From Eledone cirrhosa (taxonomy: Eukaryota): a stretch of 64,000 bases of DNA. The DNA is taken from contig OZ024744.1 in NCBI GenBank assembly GCA_964016885.1, forward strand, positions 2,666,001-2,730,000, given 5' to 3'. The notes beneath the pieces are model-generated. The model was not told the DNA's origin. It saw nothing but the letters and a program-made list of their open reading frames with translations, and did no database searches. Both the position numbers and the translations under genes were made by a program. Of the stretch, positions 51,769-62,910 are shown piece by piece (positions within the stretch are counted from its first letter, which is position 1; each line of letters begins with the position of its first letter).

Positions 51769-54700
51769 TTGGTGAAGAACGACGTTTTGGTGGAAGACAA
51801 GGTAGAGAAAGATAGCTTGGTGAAGAACGATGTTTTGGGGAAGACAATGTAGAGAAAGATAGCTTGGTGAAGAACGAAGTTTTGGGGGAAGACAAGGTAG
51901 AGAAAGATAGCTTGGTGAAGAACGAAGTTTTGAGGGAAGACAAGGTAGAGAAAGATAGCTTGGTGAATAACGAAGTTTTGGGAGAAGACAAGGTAGAGAA
52001 AGATAGTTGGTGAAGAACGAAGTTTTGAGGGAAGACAAGGTAGAGAAAGATAGCTTGGTGAAGAACGACATTTTGAGGGAAGACAAGGTAGAGAAAGATA
52101 GCTTGGTGAAGAACGACGTTTTGTGGGAAGACAAGGTAGAGAAAGATAGCTTGGTGAAGAACGAAGTTTTGGGGGAAGACAAGGTAGAGAAAGATAGCTT
52201 GGTGAAGAACGAAGTTTTGGGGAAGACAATGTAGAGAAAGATAGCTTGGTGAAGAACGAAGTTTTTGGGGAAGACAAGGTAGAGAAAGATAGCTTGGTGA
52301 AGAACGAAGTTTTGGGGGAAGACAAGGTAGAGAAAGATAGCTTGGTGAAGAACGAAGTTTTGGGGGAAGACAAGGTAGAGAAAGATAGCTTGGTGAAGAA
52401 CGAAGTTTTGGGGGAAATCAAGGTAGAGAATAATAGTTTGGTGAAGAACGAAGTTTTGGGGGAAGACAAGGTAGAGAAAGATAGCTTGGTGAAGAACGAC
52501 GTTTTGAGGGAAGACAAGGTAGAGAAAGATAGCTTGGTGAAGAACGAAGTTTTGGGGAAGACAATGTAGAGAAAGATGGCTTGGTGAAGAACGAAGTTTT
52601 GGGGGAAGACAAGGTAGAGAAAGATAGCTTGGTGAAGAACTAAGTTTTGGGAGAAGACAAGGTAGAGAAAGATAGCTTGGTGAAGAACGAAGTTTTGAGG
52701 GAAGACAAGGTAGAGAAAGATAAATTGGTGAAGAACGACGTTTTGAGGGAAGACAAGGTAGAGAAAGATAGCTTGGTTAAGAACGACGTTTTGTGGGAAG
52801 ACAAGGAAGAGAAAGATAGCTTGGTGAAGAACGAAGTTTTGGGGGAAGTCAAGGTAGAGAAAGATAGCTTGGTGAAGAATGAAGTTTTGGGGGAAGACAA
52901 GGTAGAGAAAGATAGCTTGGTGAAGAACGAAGTTTTGGGGGAAGACAAGGTAGAGAAAGATAGCTTGGTGAAGAACGAAGTTTTGGGGAAGACAATGTAG
53001 AGAAAGATAGCTTGGTGAAGAACGAAGTTTTGGGGAAGACAAGGTAGAGAAAGATAGCTTGGTGAATAACGAAGTTTTGGGAGAAGACAAGGTCGAGAAA
53101 GATAGCTTGGTGAAGAACGAAATTTTGAGGGAAGACAAGGTAGAGAAAGATAGCTTGGTGAAGAACGACGTTTTGAGGGAAGACAAGATAGAGAAAGATA
53201 GCTTGGTGAAGAACGACGTTTTGTGGGAAGACAAGGTAGAGAAAGATAGCTTGGTGAAGAACGAAGTTTTGGGGGAAGACAAGTTAGAGAAAGATAGCTT
53301 GGTGAAGAACGAAGTTTTGGTGGAAGACAAGGTAGAGAAAGATAGCTTGGTGAAGAACGATGTTTTGGGGAAGACAATGTAGAGAAAGATAGCTTGGTGA
53401 AGAACGAAGTTTTGGGGGAAGACAAGGTAGAGAAAGATAGCTTGGTGAAGAACGAAGTTTTGAGGGAAGACAAGGTAGAGAAAGATAGCTTGGTGAATAA
53501 CGAAGTTTTGGGAGAAGACAAGGTAGAGAAAGATAGTTGGTGAAGAACGAAGTTTTGAGGGAAGACAAGGTGGAGAAAGATATATTGGTGAAGACCGACG
53601 TTTTGAGGGAAGACAAGGTAGAGAAAGATAGCTTGGTGAAGAACGACGTTTTGTGGGAAGACAAGGTAGAGAAAGATAGCTTGGTGAAGAACGAAGTTTT
53701 GGGGGAAGACAAGGTAGAGAAAGATAGCTTGGTGAAGAACGAAGTTTTGGGGAAGACAATGTAGAGAAAGATAGCTTGGTGAAGAACGAACTTTTGGGGG
53801 AAGACAAGGTAGAGAAAGATAGCTTGGTGAAGAACGAAGTTTTGAGGGAAGACAAGGTAGAGAAAGATAGCTTGGTGAATAACGAAGTTTTGGGAGAAGA
53901 CAAGGTAGAGAAAGATAGCTTCGTGAAGAACGACGTTTTGAGGGAAGACAAGGTAGAGAAAGATAGCTTGGTGAAGAACGAAGTTTTGGGGAAGACAATG
54001 TAAAGAAAGATAGCTTGGTGAAGAACGAAGTTTTGGGGGAAGACAAGGTAGAGAAAGATAGCTTGGTGAAGAACGAAGTTTTGAGGGAAGACAAGGTAGA
54101 GAAAGATAGCTTGGTGAATAACGAAGTTTTGGGAGAAGACAAGGTAGAGAAAGATAGTTGGTGAAGAACGAAGTTTTGAAGGAAGACAAGGCAGAGAAAG
54201 ATAGCTTGGCGAAGAACGAAGTTTTGAGGGAAGTCAAGGTAGAGAAAGATAGCTTGGTGAAGAACGACGTTTTGTGGGAAGACAAGGTAGAGAAAGATAG
54301 CTTGGTGAAGAACGACGTTTTGGTGGAAGACAAGGTAGAGAAAGATAGCTTGGTGAAGAATGACGTTTTGTGGGAAGACAAGGTAGAGAAAGATAGCTTG
54401 GTGAAGAACGAAATTTTGAGGGAAGACAAGGTAGAGAAAGATAGCTTGGTGAAGAACGACGTTTTGGTGGAAGACAAGGTAGAGAAAGATAGCTTGGTGA
54501 AGAACGATGTTTTGGGGAAGACAATGTAGAGAAAGATAGCTTGGTGAAGAACGAAGTTTTGGGGGAAGACAAGGTAGAGAAAGATAGCTTGGTGAAGGAC
54601 GACGTTTTGAGGGAAGACAAGGTAGAGAAAGATAGCTTGATGAAGAACGACGTTTTGTGGGAAGACAAGGTAGAGAAAGATAGCTTGGTGAAGAACGAAG

Positions 54701-57700
54701 TTTTGGGGGAAGACAAGGTAGAGAAAGATAGCTTGGTGAAGAACGGAGTTTTGGGGGAAGACAAGGTAGAGAAAGATAGCTTGGTGAAGAACGAAGTTTT
54801 GGGGGAAGACAAGGTAGAGAAAGATAGCTTGGTGAAGAACGAAGTTTTGTGGAAGACAATGTAGAGAAAGATAGCTTGGAGAAGAACGAAGTTTTGGGGA
54901 AGACAATGTAGAGAAAGATAGCTTGGTGAAGAACGAAGTTTTGGGGGAAGACAAGGTAGAGAAAGATAGCTTGGTGAAGAACGAAGTTTTGGGAGAAGAC
55001 AAGGTAGAGAAAGATAGCTTGGTGAAGAACGAAGTTTTGAGGGAAGACAAGGTAGAGAAAGATAGCTTGGTGAAGAACGACGTTTTGAGGGAAGACAAGG
55101 TAGAGAAAGATAGCTTGGTGAAGAACGACGTTTTGTGGGAAGACAAGGCAGAGAAAGATAGCTTGGTGAAGAACGAAGTTTTGGGGGAAGACAAGGTAGA
55201 GAAAGATAGCTTGGTGAGGAACGAAGTTTTGGGGGAAGACAAGGTAGAGAAAGATAGCTTGGTGAAGAACGAAGTTTTGGGGAAGACAATGTAGAGAAAG
55301 ATAGCTTGGTGAAGAACGAAGTTTTGGGGGAAGACAAGGTAGAGAAAGATAGCTTGGTGAATAAAGAAATTTTGTGAGAAGACAAGGTCGAGAAAGATAG
55401 CTTGGTGAAGAACGACATGTTGAGGGAAGACAAGGTAGAGAAAGATAGCTTGGTGAAGAACGACGTTTTGGTGGAAGACAAGGTAGAGAAAGATAGCTTG
55501 GTGAAGAACGATGTTTTGGGGAAGACAATGTAGAGAAAGATAGCTTGGTGAAGAACGAAGTTTTGGGGGAAGACAAGGTAGAGAAAGATAGCTTGGTGAA
55601 GAACGAAGTTTTGAGGGAAGACAAGGTAGAGAAAGATAGCTTGGTGAAGAACGAAGTTTTGTGGGAAGACAAGGTAGAGAAAGATAGCTTGGTGAAGAAC
55701 GAAGTTTTGGGGAAGACAATGTAGAGAAAGATTGCTTGGTGAAGAACGAAGTTTTGGGGGAAGACAAGGTAGAGAAAGATAGCTTGGTGAATAACGAAAT
55801 TTTGGGAGAAGACAAGGTCGAGAAAGATAGCTTGGTGAAGAACGAAATTTTGAGGGAAGACAAGGTAGAGAAAGATAGCTTGGTGAAGAACGACGTTTTG
55901 GTGGAAGACAAGGTAGAGAAAGATAGCTTGGTGAAGAATGACCTTTTGTGGGAAGACAAGGTAGAGAAAGATAGCTTGGTGAAGAACGAAATTTTGAGGG
56001 AAGACAAGGTAGAGAAAGATAGCTTGGTGAAGAACGACGTTTTGGTGGAAGACAAGGTAGAGAAAGATAGCTTGGTGAAGAACGATGTTTTGGGGAAGAC
56101 AATGTAGAGAAAGATAGCTTGGTGAAGAACGAAGTTTTGGGGGAAGACAAGGTAGAGAAAGATAGCTTGGTGAAGGACGACGTTTTGAGGGAAGACAAGG
56201 TAGAGAAAGATAGCTTGATGAAGAACGACGTTTTGTGGGAAGACAAGGTAGAGAAAGATAGCTTGGTGAAGAACGAAGTTTTGGGGGAAGACAAGGTAGA
56301 GAAAGATAGCTTGGTGAAGAACGAAGTTTTGTGGAAGACAATGTAGAGAAAGATAGCTTGGAGAAGAACGAAGTTTTGGGGAAGACAATGTAGAGAAATA
56401 TAGCTTGGTGAAGAACGAAGTTTTGGGGGAAGACAAGGTAGAGAAAGATAGCTTGGTGAAGAACGAAGTTTTGGGAGAAGACAAGGTAGAGAAAGATAGC
56501 TTGGTGAAGAACGAAGTTTTGAGGGAAGACAAGGTAGAGAAAGATAGCTTGGTGAAGAACGACGTTTTGAGGGAAGACAAGGTAGAGAAAGATAGCTTGG
56601 TGAAGAACGACGTTTTGTGGGAAGACAAGGCAGAGAAAGATAGCTTGGTGAAGAACGAAGTTTTGTGGGAAGACAAGGTAGAGAAAGATAGCTTGGTGAA
56701 GAACGAAGTTTTGGGGGAAGACAAGGTAGAGAAAGATAGCTTGGTGAATAACGAAATTTTGTGAGAAGACAAGGTCGAGAAAGATAGCTTGGTGAAGAAC
56801 GAAATGTTGAGGGAAGACAAGGTAGAGAAAGATAGCTTGGTGAAGAACGACGTTTTGGTGGAAGACAAGGTAGAGAAAGATAGCTTGGTGAAGAACGATG
56901 TTTTGTGGGAAGACAAGGTAGAGAAAGATAGCTTGGTGAAGAACGAAGTTTTGGGGGAAGACAAGGTAGAGAAAGATAGCTTGGTGAAGAACGAAGTTTT
57001 GGGGGAAGACAAGGTAGAGAAAGATAGCTTGGTGAAGAACGAAGTTTTGTGGGAAGACAAGGTAGAGAAAGATAGCTTGGTGAAGAACGAAGTTTTGGGG
57101 AAGACAATGTAGAGAAAGATAGCTTGGTGAAGAACGAAGTTTTGGGGGAAGACAAGGTAGAGAAAGATAGCTTGGTGAATAACGAAATTTTGGGAGAAGA
57201 CAAGGTCGAGAAAGATAGCTTGGTGAAGAACGAAATTTTGAGGGAAGACAAGGTAGAGAAAGATAGCTTGGTGAAGAACGACGTTTTGGTGGAAGACAAG
57301 GTAGAGAAAGATAGCTTGGTGAAGAACGATGTTTTGGGGAAGACAATGTAGAGAAAGATAGCTTGGTGAGGAACGAAGTTTTGGGGGAAGACAAGGTAGA
57401 GAAAGATAGCTTGGTGAAGAACGACGTTTTGAGGGAAGACAAGGTAGAGAAAGATAGCTTGGTGAAGAACGACGTTTTGTCGGAAGACAAGGTAGAGAAA
57501 GATAGCTTGGTGAAGAACGAAGTTTTGGGGGAAGACAAGGTAGAGAAAGATAGCTTGGTGAAGAACGGAGTTTTGGGGGAAGACAAGGTAGAGAAAGATA
57601 GCTTGGTGAAGAACGAAGTTTTGGGGGAAGACAAGGTAGAGAAAGATAGCTTGGTGAAGAACGAAGTTTTGTGGAAGACAATGTAGAGAAAGATAGCTTG

Positions 57701-60700
57701 GTGAAGAACGAAGTTTTGGGGAAGACAATGTAGAGAAAGATAGCTTGGTGAAGAACGAATTTTTGGGGGAAGACAAGGTAGAGAAAGATAGCTTGGTGAA
57801 GAACGAAGTTTTGGGAGAAGACAAGGTAGAGAAAGATAGCTTGGTGAAGAACGAAGTTTTGAGGGAAGACAAGGTAGAGAAAGATAGCTTGGTGAAGAAC
57901 GACGTTTTGAGGGAAGACAAGGTAGAGAAAGATAGCTTGGTGAAGAACGACGTTTTGTGGGAAGACAAGGTAGAGAAAGATAGCTTGGTGAAGAACGGAG
58001 TTTTGGGGGAAGACAAGGTAGAGAAAGATAGCTTGGTGAAGAACGAAGTTTTGGGAGAAGACAAGGTAGAGAAAGATAGCTTGGTGAAGAACGAAGTTTT
58101 GAGGGAAGACAAGGTAGAGAAAGATAGCTTGGTGAAGAACGACGTTTTGAGGGAAGACAAGGTAGAGAAAGATAGCTTGGTGAAGAACGACGTTTTGTGG
58201 GAAGACAAGGTAGAGAAAGATAGCTTGGTGAAGAACGAAGTTTTGGGGGAAGACAAGGTAGAGAAAGATAGCTTGGTGAAGAACGAAGTTTTGGGGGAAG
58301 ACAAGGTAGAGAAAGATAGCTTGGTGAAGAACGAAGTTTTGTGGGAAGACAAGGTAGAGAAAGATAGCTTGGTGAAGAACGAAGTTTTGGGGAAGACAAT
58401 GTAGAGAAAGATTGCTTGGTGAAGAACGAAGTTTTGGGGGAAGACAAGGTAGAGAAAGATAGCTTGGTGAATAACGAAATTTTGGGAGAAGACAAGGTCG
58501 AGAAAGATAGCTTGGTGAAGAACGAAATTTTGAGGGAAGACAAGGTAGAGAAAGATAGCTTGGTGAAGAACGACGTTTTGGTGGAAGACAAGGTAGAGAA
58601 AGATAGCTTGGTGAAGAATGACGTTTTGTGGGAAGACAAGGTAGAGAAAGATAGCTTGGTGAAGAACGAAATTTTGAGGGAAGACAAGGTAGAGAAAGAT
58701 AGCTTGGTGAAGAACGACGTTTTGGTGGAAGACAAGGTAGAGAAAGATAGCTTGGTGAAGAACGATGTTTTGGGGAAGACAATGTAGAGAAAGATAGCTT
58801 GGTGAAGAACGAAGTTTTGGGGGAAGACAAGGTAGAGAAAGATAGCTTGGTGAAGGACGACGTTTTGAGGGAAGACAAGGTAGAGAAAGATAGCTTGATG
58901 AAGAACGACGTTTTGTGGGAAGACAAGGTAGAGAAAGATAGCTTGGTGAAGAACGAAGTTTTGGGGGAAGACAAGGTAGAGAAAGATAGCTTGGTGAAGA
59001 ACGGAGTTTTGGGGGAAGACAAGGTAGAGAAAGATAGCTTGGTGAAGAACGACGTTTTGGTGGAAGACAAGGTAGAGAAAGATAGCTTGGTGAAGAACGA
59101 TGTTTTGGGGAAGACAATGTAGAGAAAGATAGCTTGGTGAAGAACGAAGTTTTGGGGGAAGACAAGGTAGAGAAAGATAGCTTGGTGAAGAACGAAGTTT
59201 TGAGGGAAGACAAGGTAGAGAAAGATAGCTTGGTGAATAACGAAGTTTTGGGAGAAGACAAGGTAGAGAAAGATAGTTGGTGAAGAACGAAGTTTTGAGG
59301 GAAGACAAGGTAGAGAAAGATAGCTTGGTGAAGAACGACATTTTGAGGGAAGACAAGGTAGAGAAAGATAGCTTGGTGAAGAACGACGTTTTGTGGGAAG
59401 ACAAGGTAGAGAAAGATAGCTTGGTGAAGAACGAAGTTTTGGGGGAAGACAAGGTAGAGAAAGATAGCTTGGTGAAGAACGAAGTTTTGGGGAAGACAAT
59501 GTAGAGAAAGATAGCTTGGTGAAGAACGAAGTTTTTGGGGAAGACAAGGTAGAGAAAGATAGCTTGGTGAAGAACGAAGTTTTGGGGGAAGACAAGGTAG
59601 AGAAAGATAGCTTGGTGAAGAACGAAGTTTTGGGGGAAGACAAGGTAGAGAAAGATAGCTTGGTGAAGAACGAAGTTTTGGGGGAAATCAAGGTAGAGAA
59701 TAATAGTTTGGTGAAGAACGAAGTTTTGGGGGAAGACAAGGTAGAGAAAGATAGCTTGGTGAAGAACGACGTTTTGAGGGAAGACAAGGTAGAGAAAGAT
59801 AGCTTGGTGAAGAACGAAGTTTTGGGGAAGACAATGTAGAGAAAGATGGCTTGGTGAAGAACGAAGTTTTGGGGGAAGACAAGGTAGAGAAAGATAGCTT
59901 GGTGAAGAACTAAGTTTTGGGAGAAGACAAGGTAGAGAAAGATAGCTTGGTGAAGAACGAAGTTTTGAGGGAAGACAAGGTAGAGAAAGATAGCTTGGTG
60001 AAGAACGACGTTTTGAGGGAAGACAAGGTAGAGAAAGATAGCTTGGTGAAGAACGACGTTTTGTGGGAAGACAAGGAAGAGAAAGATAGCTTGGTGAAGA
60101 ACGAAGTTTTGGGGGAAGTCAAGGTAGAGAAAGATAGCTTGGTGAAGAATGAAGTTTTGGGGGAAGACAAGGTAGAGAAAGATAGCTTGGTGAAGAACGA
60201 AGTTTTGGGGGAAGACAAGGTAGAGAAAGATAGCTTGGTGAAGAACGAAGTTTTGGGGAAGACAATGTAGAGAAAGATAGCTTGGTGAAGAACGAAGTTT
60301 TGGGGAAGACAAGGTAGAGAAAGATAGCTTGGTGAATAACGAAGTTTTGGGAGAAGACAAGGTCGAGAAAGATAGCTTGGTGAAGAACGAAATTTTGAGG
60401 GAAGACAAGGTAGAGAAAGATAGCTTGGTGAAGAACGACGTTTTGAGGGAAGACAAGATAGAGAAAGATAGCTTGGTGAAGAACGACGTTTTGTGGGAAG
60501 ACAAGGTAGAGAAAGATAGCTTGGTGAAGAACGAAGTTTTGGGGGAAGACAAGTTAGAGAAAGATAGCTTGGTGAAGAACGAAGTTTTGGTGGAAGACAA
60601 GGTAGAGAAAGATAGCTTGGTGAAGAACGATGTTTTGGGGAAGACAATGTAGAGAAAGATAGCTTGGTGAAGAACGAAGTTTTGGGGGAAGACAAGGTAG

Positions 60701-62910
60701 AGAAAGATAGCTTGGTGAAGAACGAAGTTTTGAGGGAAGACAAGGTAGAGAAAGATAGCTTGGTGAATAACGAAGTTTTGGGAGAAGACAAGGTAGAGAA
60801 AGATAGTTGGTGAAGAACGAAGTTTTGAGGGAAGACAAGGTGGAGAAAGATATATTGGTGAAGACCGACGTTTTGAGGGAAGACAAGGTAGAGAAAGATA
60901 GCTTGGTGAAGAACGACGTTTTGTGGGAAGACAAGGTAGAGAAAGATAGCTTGGTGAAGAACGAAGTTTTGGGGGAAGACAAGGTAGAGAAAGATAGCTT
61001 GGTGAAGAACGAAGTTTTGGGGAAGACAATGTAGAGAAAGATAGCTTGGTGAAGAACGAACTTTTGGGGGAAGACAAGGTAGAGAAAGATAGCTTGGTGA
61101 AGAACGAAGTTTTGAGGGAAGACAAGGTAGAGAAAGATAGCTTGGTGAATAACGAAGTTTTGGGAGAAGACAAGGTAGAGAAAGATAGCTTCGTGAAGAA
61201 CGACGTTTTGAGGGAAGACAAGGTAGAGAAAGATAGCTTGGTGAAGAACGAAGTTTTGGGGAAGACAATGTAAAGAAAGATAGCTTGGTGAAGAACGAAG
61301 TTTTGGGGGAAGACAAGGTAGAGAAAGATAGCTTGGTGAAGAACGAAGTTTTGAGGGAAGACAAGGTAGAGAAAGATAGCTTGGTGAATAACGAAGTTTT
61401 GGGAGAAGACAAGGTAGAGAAAGATAGTTGGTGAAGAACGAAGTTTTGAAGGAATACAAGGCAGAGAAAGATAGCTTGGCGAAGAACGAAGTTTTGAGGG
61501 AAGACAAGGTAGAGAAAGATAGCTTGGTGAAGAACGACGTTTTGTGGGAAGACAAGGTAGAGAAAGATAGCTTGGTGAAGAACGACGTTTTGGTGGAAGA
61601 CAAGGTAGAGAAAGATAGCTTGGTGAAGAATGACGTTTTGTGGGAAGACAAGGTAGAGAAAGATAGCTTGGTGAAGAACGAAATTTTGAGGGAAGACAAG
61701 GTAGAGAAAGATAGCTTGGTGAAGAACGACGTTTTGGTGGAAGACAAGGTAGAGAAAGATAGCTTGGTGAAGAACGATGTTTTGGGGAAGACAATGTAGA
61801 GAAAGATAGCTTGGTGAAGAACGAAGTTTTGGGGGAAGACAAGGTAGAGAAAGATAGCTTGGTGAAGGACGACGTTTTGAGGGAAGACAAGGTAGAGAAA
61901 GATAGCTTGATGAAGAACGACGTTTTGTGGGAAGACAAGGTAGAGAAAGATAGCTTGGTGAAGAACGAAGTTTTGGGGGAAGACAAGGTAGAGAAAGATA
62001 GCTTGGTGAAGAACGGAGTTTTGGGGGAAGACAAGGTAGAGAAAGATAGCTTGGTGAAGAACGAAGTTTTGGGGGAAGACAAGGTAGAGAAAGATAGCTT
62101 GGTGAAGAACGAAGTTTTGTGGAAGACAATGTAGAGAAAGATAGCTTGGAGAAGAACGAAGTTTTGGGGAAGACAATGTAGAGAAAGATAGCTTGGTGAA
62201 GAACGAAGTTTTGGGGGAAGACAAGGTAGAGAAAGATAGCTTGGTGAAGAACGAAGTTTTGGGAGAAGACAAGGTAGAGAAAGATAGCTTGGTGAAGAAC
62301 GAAGTTTTGAGGGAAGACAAGGTAGAGAAAGATAGCTTGGTGAAGAACGACGTTTTGAGGGAAGACAAGGTAGAGAAAGATAGCTTGGTGAAGAACGACG
62401 TTTTGTGGGAAGACAAGGCAGAGAACGATAGCTTGGTGAAGAACGAAGTTTTGGGGGAAGACAAGGTAGAGAAAGATAGCTTGGTGAAGAACGAAGTTTT
62501 GGGGGAAGACAAGGTAGAGAAAGATAGCTTGGTGAAGAACGAAGTTTTGGGGAAGACAATGTAGAGAAAGATAGCTTGGTGAAGAACGAAGTTTTGGGGG
62601 AAGACAAGGTAGAGAAAGATAGCTTGGTGAATAACGAAATTTTGTGAGAAGACAAGGTCGAGAAAGATAGCTTGGTGAAGAACGAAATGTTGAGGGAAGA
62701 CAAGGTAGAGAAAGATAGCTTGGTGAAGAACGACGTTTTGGTGGAAGACAAGGTAGAGAAAGATAGCTTGGTGAAGAACGATGTTTTGGGGAAGACAATG
62801 TAGAGAAAGATAGCTTGGTGAAGAACGAAGTTTTGGGGGAAGACAAGGTAGAGAAAGATAGCTTGGTGAAGAACGAAGTTTTGAGGGAAGACAAGGTAGA
62901 GAAAGATAGC
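51769..62910 (+). repeat. ~3.9-kb block duplicated at 7270-bp offset (51769-55640 and 59039-62910); a further partial copy begins near 62.7 kb (offset 3681)
   Basis: Blocks 52007/59277, 52246/59516, 52647/59917, 53537/60807, 54158/61428 and 54923/62193 match. Private variants GATGGC, GATATATTGG, AAGACCGAC and TTGGCGAAG occur in both. The pairs 59277/62958 and 59910/63591 are offset by 3681. Confidence 0.88.
56837..59038 (+). repeat. Dispersed copy of the ~49.0-51.2 kb block (offset 7844 bp)
   Basis: Blocks 49280/57124, 49519/57363, 49901/57745, 50572/58416 and 50955/58799 match, sharing TTGTCGGAAG and GAATTTTTGG. Confidence 0.8.

Noticed and set aside
22900-52182. Giant minus-strand ORFs (9760, 5908, 5014, 3394 aa etc.)
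   Set aside because: The + consensus has no TTA, CTA or TCA, so all three minus frames are open by default. The ORFs overlap in all frames, cycle among three peptide repeats at each 1-bp deletion and end only at rare point variants. They show no domains.
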